This document shows, piece by piece, positions 46,701-56,169 of a stretch of DNA of 64,000 nucleotides. Within the stretch, counting starts at the first letter, position 1; every line of letters begins with the position of its first letter. The notes below the pieces were generated by a model. The model had not been told where the DNA came from. It did no database searches and saw only the letters and a list, made by a program, of their open reading frames with translations. The translations under genes were made by a program, and so were the position numbers. Source of the stretch: Candidatus Moraniibacteriota bacterium (lineage in GTDB: Bacteria; Patescibacteriota; Minisyncoccia; Moranbacterales; GCA-2747515); contig CP175956.1 in the NCBI GenBank assembly GCA_046116545.1, positions 705,734 to 769,733 on the forward strand. Direction: 5' to 3'.

Positions 46701-47027
46701 TTATTTTTTCTTTTTCTTTGATGCTCCTACAGCCGCTGCTGTTGCAGCTGCTGCCAATGCCGCACCTACTGCAGCTGCTATTGCAGTTGCCTTATGTGGA
46801 TTTTTCTTTATATAACTAGTTGCTTTTTTATCTACAGCAGCTAATTGCTTTTTAACTTTTGCAGCTTGTTTATCTGCATTTTTTTTCATTTTTATAGCTT
46901 CTACTTTTGATTTCTTCTTAGCCTTTGCTGCATCTGCCACAGCTTTTTTCTTAAGTGCTAATGCTTTTTTCTTTGCTACATCAGTTTTTGTTGCCTTTTT
47001 CTTTGCAACCTTCTTTTTTGCTGCCAT
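46701..47027 (-). CDS. Lys/Ala-rich histone-H1-like basic protein with hydrophobic Ala-rich tail
   Basis: AKKK/KKAV repeats over about 75 aa, then ATAIAAAVGAALAAAATAAAVGA and a KKKKK tail. Confidence 0.45.
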   Translation of the reverse strand: MAAKKKVAKKKATKTDVAKKKALALKKKAVADAAKAKKKSKVEAIKMKKNADKQAAKVKKQLAAVDKKATSYIKKNPHKATAIAAAVGAALAAAATAAAVGASKKKKK

Positions 47028-47138
47028 TGTTTATTTATTACTTATTAACAAATAAATTATAACATATTTTACAATAACATGCATGGACAACACCCTTGAA
47101 ATAAAGTATTATTTAAATATTATTATTGATTTTTATTT

Positions 47139-47441
47139 ATGAAAAAACCCAGTTTTACAACAAAAGTACCCGTACCCTTACTAATTGTTTTTACATGGAT
47201 ATTAATTGGAATGTTCACAATGCACCGATTAGAAGATTGGACGTGGATTCAATGCTTTTACTATTCTGTTATCACACTTACAACTGTTGGCTATGGTGAT
47301 TTTGTTCCATCAAGTGATCCTAGCAGACTTTTTGCTGCATTTTATATACTGATTGGCGTTACCATTACTCTTGGTGCTCTAGGATATATTGGTTCACGAT
47401 ACCTTGAAAAAAGAAAAGATTCTCATTGGTCACAAAAATAA
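47139..47441 (+). CDS. minimal two-TM potassium channel (Kcv/KcsA-pore-like)
   Basis: 100 aa: TM1, pore helix, selectivity filter TTVGYGD, TM2, with almost no cytoplasmic domains. Confidence 0.8.
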   Translation: MKKPSFTTKVPVPLLIVFTWILIGMFTMHRLEDWTWIQCFYYSVITLTTVGYGDFVPSSDPSRLFAAFYILIGVTITLGALGYIGSRYLEKRKDSHWSQK

Positions 47442-47460
47442 TTTCATCAAATTTCATACT

Positions 47461-48516
47461 ATGCAAAAACGTACACCACAAACAGAACAATATATAACTA
47501 TTGGATTTTTCATCTTACTTAGTATTTTTGGTTTTGCTGCATTTATTTCTACACAAAAATATATAGGAATGTTTTTTATAGCATTTGTTGTAACAATTGT
47601 TCTACACCCCGTTTACAAATGGCTCCTAAAAAAAGTACACTATAAAATAATTGCCTCTTTCATAACTATGGTATTTTTTATAATTATATTAATAATACCT
47701 TTATCAGTTATTGGATTGGTTGCAATAAATCAAGGAATTTCATTATTTACAGATTTAACTCAAAATATATCAATAGTTAAAACTAGTACTGAAATCACTA
47801 ATTTCATTACTACAGATTTATTTCCTGCAATTAATACAACCAGCGAATTTGATATTGAACAACTAATACAAAACACAACATTGAACATACTTGGACTACT
47901 ATCTGGAGCTGCGTTTTACTTAATTAGTAATGGGATGATTCTACTGATTGAATTTGGTATATTTTTATTATTTTTAACTTTTTTCTTTCCTGAAAAAGAT
48001 ACCTTATTAAATCAATTAACAAAAATTGCACCACTAACAGCTGAAGAAAGCTCTAGATTTGTAAATAGATTTGCTGCAATAACTAAAAAGCTATCTGTAA
48101 GTATTATAATTGTACCCCTGGTACAAGGAACACTTATGTGGTTTATATTTATGTTACTTGATGTTCCTGGTGCTATTTTCTGGGGCGTTGTTACTGGTGT
48201 AGTATCCTTATTTCCTGTTATTGGCGTATCCCTTATATGGATTCCTGCAACAATCATCTTTGCCATACAAGGCGACTGGATTAACGCTTCTATAATTGGA
48301 TTATACGGACTTATAATAATGAATTTTTCCGATAACCTGGTTCGTGCATGGCTACTCAAAGGTAAGGAAACGCAAGTGCCTGAACTTGTCACATTACTTT
48401 CTGCAATTGGCGGAATCTTTGCTTTTGGATTCTTCGGACTTTTTTACGGACCAGTCATAGTGGTAACATTTCTAGCTCTACTAGACATCTACAAAACAAG
48501 AATCGAAGCAAAATAA
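47461..48516 (+). CDS. AI-2E family transporter (UPF0118/TqsA-like); start revised to MQKRTPQ
   Basis: 8-TM architecture with the characteristic Gly/Pro-rich C-terminal half; the original start overlapped the channel gene. Confidence 0.65.
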   Translation: MQKRTPQTEQYITIGFFILLSIFGFAAFISTQKYIGMFFIAFVVTIVLHPVYKWLLKKVHYKIIASFITMVFFIIILIIPLSVIGLVAINQGISLFTDLTQNISIVKTSTEITNFITTDLFPAINTTSEFDIEQLIQNTTLNILGLLSGAAFYLISNGMILLIEFGIFLLFLTFFFPEKDTLLNQLTKIAPLTAEESSRFVNRFAAITKKLSVSIIIVPLVQGTLMWFIFMLLDVPGAIFWGVVTGVVSLFPVIGVSLIWIPATIIFAIQGDWINASIIGLYGLIIMNFSDNLVRAWLLKGKETQVPELVTLLSAIGGIFAFGFFGLFYGPVIVVTFLALLDIYKTRIEAK

Positions 48517-48559
48517 TTCTCAACCAATTCATTATTTCCATTACAATATATAGCCATTA

Positions 48560-48600
48560 AAAAACAGACTCAATATTAAGTCTGTTTTTCATTTTTAGTT
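48560..48600. terminator. bidirectional terminator
   Basis: aacagact-caatatta-agtctgtt then ttttcattttt. Confidence 0.5.
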
Positions 48601-48605
48601 TAAAC

Positions 48606-49844
48606 TTATTTTTTAGATATCATTCCTTTAAATTTCTTTTTAAGGACTTCCCTATTTTCGTAAAGTTTAACTCCACCAAAAGCTAGTGAACTAAGAATTG
48701 TCATCCATACACCTATCACAAAACTAAGTTTCACTATACCAGTGACAATATACTCAACAATAAACTTTATACTATTAGTAAGGAGTGCTGCCTCTGCACC
48801 TGTTAATATATTTGTCCCCAGTACGATATTTTCAAATGGTATCACTCCAAGTAATAGCTTTGAAAGCAATATATAATGCAATACTGCTATAATAGCAATT
48901 GTTAATCCTGATGCAAATGTTATTGTTATTGTCTGTACAGTTCTACCTCCTGACTCTTTTCTATAAATTGCAAATCCACCAATTACCACTGATAAGAATA
49001 ATACAAAATAAGACCATTTTAAAATACCTTGTACATCCTGTCTCACATCAATTGCAATTTGTTTAATCTGTGCAATGGCATAACTAACATTGTATACATC
49101 TGTAAGTAATTCGTTCACACTAGAGTTCTGAGCCAATTCCTGAGCTCCTGAGCCAACCTTATCAACCACTGTACCAATTCCAGAATTTTTCATACTTTCA
49201 TTCATAACCATATCTATTTGTTCGGTAGTACAAGTCACCTCTGCTATATTCCCATTTGCAATTCTCAAAATATTTGCATTTACCTCATTCATACTTTTAC
49301 ATTCAGGTAAATTCTGAACTCCAAATGCATTTTTTGCAACATTTCCTAAAATTTGAGTAAAATTACTTTCTTTTATTCCTTCAATTTGTTCAGGAGTTGG
49401 TATATAACCAAACGCCTCATGAGCGTCTATTTCTCCCTTTAACCACTGTAAATCCGTCTCAATAGTTTTTTCAGTCACATTCTGAAATACGTCAGCTAAA
49501 CCGATCTTACCAAAAATATTTGATACCAAATCTGGAGTTTGTTTTTCTATAACTGTATCAAGTACAAAAGATAGTGCTGTATTTGCCAAGGTGTTATTTT
49601 TTACTGGTTCAGGCATTAAATTATTAACAAGATCTTTTTCCCAAGCAATAATCGCTTCAGAAACATTCCTTTCAATAACATTAGCTACTATTTCATAAAT
49701 ATGAGATTGATTAAGTGCTTCTTTGTATAATTCTTCATCAAGTGCTCTTTTATAAACAGTTATCGTAAATATTGACAACGACATCAATACTATAGATGCA
49801 ACACTAAGTACCCTTACCAATATTTTGTTTTGTTTTTTGGTCAT
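48606..49844 (-). CDS. hypothetical membrane protein (N-terminal and C-terminal TM clusters)
   Basis: 412 aa; soluble middle region. Confidence 0.45.
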   Translation of the reverse strand: MTKKQNKILVRVLSVASIVLMSLSIFTITVYKRALDEELYKEALNQSHIYEIVANVIERNVSEAIIAWEKDLVNNLMPEPVKNNTLANTALSFVLDTVIEKQTPDLVSNIFGKIGLADVFQNVTEKTIETDLQWLKGEIDAHEAFGYIPTPEQIEGIKESNFTQILGNVAKNAFGVQNLPECKSMNEVNANILRIANGNIAEVTCTTEQIDMVMNESMKNSGIGTVVDKVGSGAQELAQNSSVNELLTDVYNVSYAIAQIKQIAIDVRQDVQGILKWSYFVLFLSVVIGGFAIYRKESGGRTVQTITITFASGLTIAIIAVLHYILLSKLLLGVIPFENIVLGTNILTGAEAALLTNSIKFIVEYIVTGIVKLSFVIGVWMTILSSLAFGGVKLYENREVLKKKFKGMISKK

Positions 49845-49909
49845 AAATATATATTATTAATTATTATCTATATAATAAATCATATACACTGAAGTATCAA
49901 GAAAAATAA

Positions 49910-50947
49910 TTAATCACACTTATTTTTTCCAGCTAATTGTCCACAAGCACCATGAATATCATCTCCAATGCTTTTCCTTATCGTACAAGCTATTCCACCT
50001 CTTTTTACTAAATCCTTAAATCTTTGCACACTACCCGCAGTTGATGGCATAAATCCCTCATCAATTGAATTATATTTTATAAGATTGACAATTATCAACT
50101 TCTTGTCTCCAATTGATCTTAAATATTTTGTAAGCGCTATTGCATCTTCATTGCTATCATTTATACCATTAAGCATTATATATTCTATAAACAATCTCCT
50201 CTTATTCTTTGACAAATAATATTGCAATGACTTCTTTAGTCTTTCCAAATTATACGCTTTATTTACCGGCATATACTTATCTCGCTTTTCATCAAAAGCA
50301 AAATGAAGTGAAATAGCTAAATTAATCTGTCCAAACGCATCTGCGAATTTCTCAATACCAGGAACTACACCAGAAGTTGAAACAGATACTCCACGATTTG
50401 GAAAATTGCATAAACTTTCATCTGTTAATGCCTCAATACTTTCTTTCACATTCTCCCAATTCATAAATGGTTCTCCCATACCCATATACACAATATTTGT
50501 ATATGTACCCGCTATATCATTCTCTCGTAAATATCCTCGCCAAAAAACAGCCTGACTTACTATCTCATCAGTAGTTAGGTCTCGCCCAAGTCCAAGTTTA
50601 CCAGTAGCACAAAAATCACATGCCATCGCACAACCAACTTGAGATGAAATACATGCGGACCAAGTATCTGGCTTTGGAGAAATAAGAACAGATTCAATAA
50701 CATTTCCATCTTTGAGCTCAAATAATGCTTTTATTGCTCTTTTGTCACCAGACACAACAACTTCTTTAACGCTAAATGGATAAACATCCAATTCTTCACT
50801 TAACATTTTTCGCAAATCTTTTGAAATGGTCGTGATCTCATCAAAACTGCTAACGCCATCATAAAAAACAGCTTTCGTAATTTGCTTAAATCTAAATGCT
50901 GGTTGTTTATTGTCTTCTAAGACTTTTTCTAATTTTTTATAATCCAT
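49910..50947 (-). CDS. rlmN: 23S rRNA/tRNA adenine-C2 methyltransferase, radical SAM (RlmN/Cfr family)
   Basis: Radical SAM cluster CAMACDFCATG plus the RlmN-type downstream Cys. Confidence 0.8.
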   Translation of the reverse strand: MDYKKLEKVLEDNKQPAFRFKQITKAVFYDGVSSFDEITTISKDLRKMLSEELDVYPFSVKEVVVSGDKRAIKALFELKDGNVIESVLISPKPDTWSACISSQVGCAMACDFCATGKLGLGRDLTTDEIVSQAVFWRGYLRENDIAGTYTNIVYMGMGEPFMNWENVKESIEALTDESLCNFPNRGVSVSTSGVVPGIEKFADAFGQINLAISLHFAFDEKRDKYMPVNKAYNLERLKKSLQYYLSKNKRRLFIEYIMLNGINDSNEDAIALTKYLRSIGDKKLIIVNLIKYNSIDEGFMPSTAGSVQRFKDLVKRGGIACTIRKSIGDDIHGACGQLAGKNKCD

Positions 50948-50965
50948 AAATATATACTCAAATAT

Positions 50966-51014
50966 GTCATTACGAGAAATCGCTACAACAACGACATATT
51001 CTCGTTAGAATGAC
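50966..51014. repeat. short hairpin member of the GTCATT family (copy E)
   Basis: GTCATTACGAGAA...TTCTCGTTAGAATGAC. Confidence 0.55.
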
Positions 51015-51018
51015 ATTA

Positions 51019-52014
51019 TTATTTTAATAATGTGTTACCCGATGGTGTTAATTTCACTTGATGTTCTTCAAATGTAATTGTATCCTTATCAGTGTCAAAA
51101 GTGGTTTGAACTAACAAACCTTGTTTTGTTTCTTCTGAAAAATATTGATCAAATATAAAATTACCCAAAGAATAATAAATTGTCTTACCTTTATATACTT
51201 CTTTTTCTTGAATAACATGAGGGTGTGAACCAATAATAACATCTACACCCGAATCAATAATTTGATGTGCAATATTTTGTTCATTTTGTCGTGAAGATGT
51301 TTTATATTCTTCACCCCAATGTGTATAAGCAACAACAAAATCTGATTTATCTTTTACATTTTGAATATCATCCAAAGCATTTGGAAGAGCATTTTTAACA
51401 AATTGATTGTAATTAATAAATGCAATTTTTACACCATCAAAATCTTGTATAAAATATCTCTGTTCATCTTCTACGCCAGTATCACCAAAATAATATAAAC
51501 CACCTGCACGCATAAAGTTTTTCGTCTGCGCAATACCTTCCACTCCAAAATTACCAATGTGATTATTACCCAAGTTAACAATACAGAAATTATTATCCTT
51601 TAACATTTGTACACTACTAGAATCAAACGTAAAACGATAATTATCTGGTGAACCAAATTCTGAATTAACCGACACTGAATCATTTTTTGTAACTGGGCCT
51701 TCCAAATTTGCAACAACACAATCACTCTCATTAAATAATTCCGTCATATCAGAAATAATATATCCATATCCTTTATTTTCACCAGTTTGACGGATATATC
51801 TATCAAACATCATATCGCCACCAAAAAGAATTTTTACAGGTTCCCTATCCTCAATAGCATTAATTGCAATTACTGACATATTTTTTTCATCTTGTTGATA
51901 TTTAATATTTGATATACTTAATACCTTTAACGGTTGCACACTTTGAAAAGCAAAAAATACTAGAAAAATTCCAGTAAGTGAAAGCGCGAATATAGTAATA
52001 ATAATTTTATTCAT
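51019..52014 (-). CDS. CapA/PGA_cap-family metallophosphoesterase (poly-gamma-glutamate capsule-type)
   Basis: Signal anchor; VANLEGPVT, NLGNNH and GSHPHVIQ metallophosphatase motifs. Confidence 0.7.
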   Translation of the reverse strand: MNKIIITIFALSLTGIFLVFFAFQSVQPLKVLSISNIKYQQDEKNMSVIAINAIEDREPVKILFGGDMMFDRYIRQTGENKGYGYIISDMTELFNESDCVVANLEGPVTKNDSVSVNSEFGSPDNYRFTFDSSSVQMLKDNNFCIVNLGNNHIGNFGVEGIAQTKNFMRAGGLYYFGDTGVEDEQRYFIQDFDGVKIAFINYNQFVKNALPNALDDIQNVKDKSDFVVAYTHWGEEYKTSSRQNEQNIAHQIIDSGVDVIIGSHPHVIQEKEVYKGKTIYYSLGNFIFDQYFSEETKQGLLVQTTFDTDKDTITFEEHQVKLTPSGNTLLK

Positions 52015-52089
52015 TAGAAAAAGTATATCACAAATATCATATTTTTTCCATGCTTTAATGTGTAACCACTCACACTTCTAAACAAATGC

Positions 52090-52235
52090 GTCTTTGCGAG
52101 CAACTGTAACATTATATATGCCAAAGCGAAGCAATCTTAGCTTTATATATAATGTAAACTTTCAGAGGGATGATTATTCTGGACAGATAGCTTACTTCGC
52201 AAGACATGTTGATTATTACTTCTGCTCGCAAAGAC
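52090..52235. repeat. MITE-like nested-hairpin element, family copy F
   Basis: GTCTTTGCGAGCA...TGCTCGCAAAGAC: 13-bp terminal inverted repeat; inner aagcgaagcaatct is shared with copy C. Confidence 0.65.
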
Positions 52236-52342
52236 ATATTTGAGGTGTGAGGGGTTACTTTGATGTATACTTAAAAATCTAACAAAAAAGATTCAAACTG
52301 AAATTAATCCCAGTTTGAATCTTTCAAAAATCATTAAGCCAA

Positions 52343-52948
52343 CTATACTATTGGATTTTGATTTTCTGCTTGAATAGTTTCTTCTGGTTGATGTGGAGTT
52401 TGTGGAGGAGTATTTCCATCATCTTTCTTTTGTCCATCTGGTCCTATATACTCAGCTGATCCAAATGCTAATACTGGAACAATTATAATATTTACTACTG
52501 GAACTAAGAAAAAGAGTATCCACCACCAAGGCTTTCCGAATGATTTAAATAATGCAAGCCACATCATTATAGCAACTACAATGTTTACAAAAGGTATGAA
52601 CATTAACAATAACCACCACCAAGGCTTTCCAGCAATTCCTAAAAGCACAATTGTATTATAAATTGGAATAATTGCTTTCCAACCATCTTCACCTGCCTTT
52701 GTAAATATCTTCCACAATGACGCAATCATAAGTGCCATCAATGCAAACATAAATATAAACCACACTACAAATATTCCCGCTCCCATCGCCATCGCTGCAC
52801 CATCAATATCTCCCATTGGTATAGAATCCATTGAGCCTGTTTCCATATAATAATCAAACTCTGCCATATCATCCATATACAGTTCCGGCGTTACTCCCAT
52901 TGTATCGTCCATATAAAGTTCTGGCACTGCGTCCATTGTATCATCCAT
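52343..52948 (-). CDS. DUF5684-like membrane protein with N-terminal tandem acidic repeats
   Basis: GKPWWW-LL-F-P-VN-I motif twice; N-terminal MDDTMDAVPELY / MDDTMGVTPELY repeats. Confidence 0.5.
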   Translation of the reverse strand: MDDTMDAVPELYMDDTMGVTPELYMDDMAEFDYYMETGSMDSIPMGDIDGAAMAMGAGIFVVWFIFMFALMALMIASLWKIFTKAGEDGWKAIIPIYNTIVLLGIAGKPWWWLLLMFIPFVNIVVAIMMWLALFKSFGKPWWWILFFLVPVVNIIIVPVLAFGSAEYIGPDGQKKDDGNTPPQTPHQPEETIQAENQNPIV

Positions 52949-53001
52949 ATATTTATTTATTATATAATTACATTTTCATTATATCATGATATACGTTTTT
53001 A

Positions 53002-53172
53002 TCAATCATTTTTACAATTTTCAACTATACAAATTGGATGTCCTCCTGGATTCTTACCACCTCCCATATCTAAACATATATCATTATACTGAAATTTCTG
53101 CCATTGCATTCCAAGTACAAATGAAAGCCCTATACAAACAAAACCAATGCTTACCAAGAATAATTTATTCAT
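53002..53172 (-). CDS. possible 56-aa small secreted/membrane protein (not in ORF track)
   Basis: MNKLFLVSIGFVCIGLSFVLG... with a hydrophobic N-terminus and 3 Cys. Below the 60-aa track cutoff. Confidence 0.25.
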   Translation of the reverse strand: MNKLFLVSIGFVCIGLSFVLGMQWQKFQYNDICLDMGGGKNPGGHPICIVENCKND

Positions 53173-53334
53173 AATATCTTATATTACTTACTTACACTTA
53201 TTTTTTATCATGATTTTACTAAATATCTTTCCTCTACCTAACATCACTCCTTCACCGTCAAACATATCTTTCAATACAAATTGATTATTTTTCATCTCAT
53301 CTTCTCCAACACAAATCACAGATAGAATATTTCC

Positions 53335-53787
53335 TCATAAACAATCTTGATTTATAATTTCTTTAATATTAGTAATTACTTTATTTGGTTTATCTTCCAC
53401 ACATTTTTCTTTCATATTTCTAAATTTACCATTTCTAAACCAAATTGTATTAACTCCACATATATTTCCATACCGAATTTCCTCATGCAAATAATCACCT
53501 ATGACATAAACTTGTTCTGTTTTTACTCTTTCCTCTTTAATGATTCTTTTAAATAATTGTACATTTTTTTTATCAACAAATAATACTTCTTTGAAATATT
53601 TTTTTATTTTAAATTGCTCCAAAATCAATTCTCGCTTTTCTTCTCCTTCATTCCTAGAAATGAGATAGAGTATATTGTTTTTTTCAGAATATAGTTTTGT
53701 TAATACATCAAAAGCTCCTGATATAAGTTCCTTATTTTCAGGATTATAAATTGTTCTATTAAAATCAAAAATTATAACTTTTTTCAT
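53335..53787 (-). CDS. HAD-like hydrolase (divergent motif I)
   Basis: IIFDFNRT near the N-terminus and VIGDY (motif IV-like). Confidence 0.45.
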   Translation of the reverse strand: MKKVIIFDFNRTIYNPENKELISGAFDVLTKLYSEKNNILYLISRNEGEEKRELILEQFKIKKYFKEVLFVDKKNVQLFKRIIKEERVKTEQVYVIGDYLHEEIRYGNICGVNTIWFRNGKFRNMKEKCVEDKPNKVITNIKEIINQDCL

Positions 53788-53805
53788 AATACTATTTATA
53801 TTAGC

Positions 53806-53832
53806 ATAGCCACATAGAATTTCTATGTGGCT
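53806..53832. terminator. hairpin terminator
   Basis: agccacatagaa-tt-tctatgtggct. Confidence 0.5.
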
Positions 53833-53852
53833 ACCTTATTATTGAGAAGAAT

Positions 53853-55022
53853 TCACTCCAAAATTGCAGGTAATTGTATGCAATCAGGAGCACCATGAAC
53901 AATTCTATCTGGACGACCTGTGATATCCAATCCCAAAATACCATCTTTAGTGATTTGAGCTGTTATCCTAAGATAATATTTTTTCATCTTTATCTTGCCT
54001 AAATTATCAAAGATTTTTAATTCCAAAGATTCTTGTTCAACTTGTTTTTGCAATACCCAAGAAGCTTTTTTTGCCTTGGAACATTGCTCAAGTTGTTTTG
54101 CAAATTTTTCAGCATCTAAGTCAGAAAAAAGAATTCCTTTCATACCTGATGACATAGTAGCCTTTAAGATAGATGCTCCCTCTATATCAACTTCATGTCG
54201 TTTACTCACTAATTGTGTTTTGGGAATGAAGTTTTCCATTCCATCACAATTAGATAAAAAAGGTAAGAAACCTTTTGCACCTAAATATGCTTTTGGTGGA
54301 AAAAAAGTTTCACATTCATCCAATAAATTTGCCCTCACATCTTTTGAACACCTGGTCAAAGAGTCCGGTATAATTACCGCCTTCTTAGGACTTCTGGTTT
54401 CAAGTTCACTCTCTACTACTAACGGCATATCTATTCCATAATTTACTAGAAGTTTTTGCATAACTTCAAATGCAGGAAGATAATAGAACTCCTTTTCAGA
54501 GTAGATATACTCATACCTTTGACCACGAAGCATCTTTGCAAATCCTTTCAGTCCAGAATACTGTTCCAAATCAAGATTTTTTACAGTCTCATCAAGAATC
54601 GCCATAAATGCAAGTCCTCGAGGATTATATGCATCTACCTCTGCAATTTTGAAATCACCTTTAGGTGTCTGCATCAAATCTAACTTCATCACTTTTGGAA
54701 TACCAGCAGAAAAAACACCTGGCTTAGCTAATCCATTGCAAGCTCTACTCGCTAGACTAAATAACTCCTGTTCATATCTGTCCCGTGGTTTATTTTTTGC
54801 AATCTCAATCAGAACTTTGTCCAACGTTTCAATTGCAGCATAAACTGATTTAGCAATTACTAACAACTGCTCCTGTTGTTGCTTTGTAACCAAATAAGCA
54901 CATGGTGACAAAATATAATTATGACGCCTCCTTTTTTCTGGTGTATCCCAGAGTCCACATTCAATCAAAGATTGTTCGATGTCACTTTTTTCCATTTTCA
55001 AATCAACAAATTGCTTGTTCAT
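53853..55022 (-). CDS. hypothetical protein (start revised to MNKQFVDLKMEK)
   Basis: GAGGAG RBS 6 nt before the ATG at 55020-55022. The ORF-track N-terminus (to 55181) runs through a terminator-like hairpin (gccctttcagaaagggc) and lacks an RBS. Confidence 0.45.
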   Translation of the reverse strand: MNKQFVDLKMEKSDIEQSLIECGLWDTPEKRRRHNYILSPCAYLVTKQQQEQLLVIAKSVYAAIETLDKVLIEIAKNKPRDRYEQELFSLASRACNGLAKPGVFSAGIPKVMKLDLMQTPKGDFKIAEVDAYNPRGLAFMAILDETVKNLDLEQYSGLKGFAKMLRGQRYEYIYSEKEFYYLPAFEVMQKLLVNYGIDMPLVVESELETRSPKKAVIIPDSLTRCSKDVRANLLDECETFFPPKAYLGAKGFLPFLSNCDGMENFIPKTQLVSKRHEVDIEGASILKATMSSGMKGILFSDLDAEKFAKQLEQCSKAKKASWVLQKQVEQESLELKIFDNLGKIKMKKYYLRITAQITKDGILGLDITGRPDRIVHGAPDCIQLPAILE

Positions 55023-55344
55023 TATTTTCTCCTCAATTTTTAAAAAACGTGACACTTCCAAGCCTATCTTAGAAATATCTTGCCAGGCCGTTCGCGACAG
55101 GCCCAGCAAAACATTTCCAAAATACAAAAAAGCCCTTTCAGAAAGGGATTGAGTATTTTTACAAGTATATTTATTACACACACGAAAACATAAACCAATC
55201 TCTTCCTAAAAGAGTTGAGTATGCCGCCAGTTATTCTTTTGTGTAATTTCTTTATTCATATTAATTATATTTATAACACATATAAAATATTTGTCAAATT
55301 CATAATTTTATTTCAAATCTTAATTACAAACAATAATGAGATTT

Positions 55345-55414
55345 GTCATTTCGTAAAATATATTTTCTCTGTGAGGTATGAACAGATAGAAAATCATTTG
55401 TACGGAATCTATAC
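55345..55414. repeat. hairpin repeat element, GTCATT family, subfamily A copy G
   Basis: GTCATTTCGTAAAAT...TTTGTACGGAATCTATAC; termini shared with 3963-4034. Confidence 0.6.
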
Positions 55415-55504
55415 TTTAATATTACAGCAAAAATTCCGAATGATGAGTTACTTTTATTACTAATTGTAAGTTAGGATTGGGTTAAAAATTAGGATTTTTA
55501 AATT

Positions 55505-56158
55505 TTAATCCCAACTATCACCACTATCTCCTGTAATTAGAATTTTATCTCCCAAGAATTTTGGTTTAGCATTAAAATTCACATTCAAAAAAGCCTTCAC
55601 TCTTGCAACACTTTCTCTAATTTGATTTCTTTCTTTGTCACGGTAATCTCTTTTATCTGCTATAGTTCCACTATTTTTAATATCTAGAGAATTTGCGATG
55701 TACACAGCCCTTGGTAAATGAAATTTCTGCGTAACAATAATCATAGAATCAACTTCAAAAATATCTCTTGCACGATAAACACTGTCATAAGTATCAAACC
55801 CAGCATGATCTGTAAAAATATCCTCTTGTGAAACTTCTTTATTCATCAAGTAATCTTTAATAGCATTAACTTCATCATACTGACTTGTCCCATGATCACC
55901 ACTAATCAAAATCTTATCAACCTTTCCATCTTCATACAATTCAATAGCTGTAAGTGCCCTATCCTCCATAATATGACTCAATCTCCCATCATCATAAACC
56001 CTAGCACCAAGTAAAAGTGCTGTTTGCTGTTTTGGTACATTCTCCAACTTAAAAAATATTTGCCCATTACTAGATTTAATAACATAAAAATTAATTGCAA
56101 AAAAAACTATTACAACAACAATGCTCAACCATAATATAATTTTCACAACTTTATTCAT
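55505..56158 (-). CDS. SanA/YdcF (DUF218) family membrane-anchored protein
   Basis: N-terminal TM; DUF218 core (LLLGARVYDDG...ILISGDHGT). Confidence 0.7.
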   Translation of the reverse strand: MNKVVKIILWLSIVVVIVFFAINFYVIKSSNGQIFFKLENVPKQQTALLLGARVYDDGRLSHIMEDRALTAIELYEDGKVDKILISGDHGTSQYDEVNAIKDYLMNKEVSQEDIFTDHAGFDTYDSVYRARDIFEVDSMIIVTQKFHLPRAVYIANSLDIKNSGTIADKRDYRDKERNQIRESVARVKAFLNVNFNAKPKFLGDKILITGDSGDSWD

Positions 56159-56169
56159 AAATACTACAT

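Noticed and set aside
54456-54843. Plus-strand ORFs 54456-54683 and 54649-54843, and 53995-54441
   Set aside because: They are antisense within the 53853-55022 gene and are low-complexity translations.
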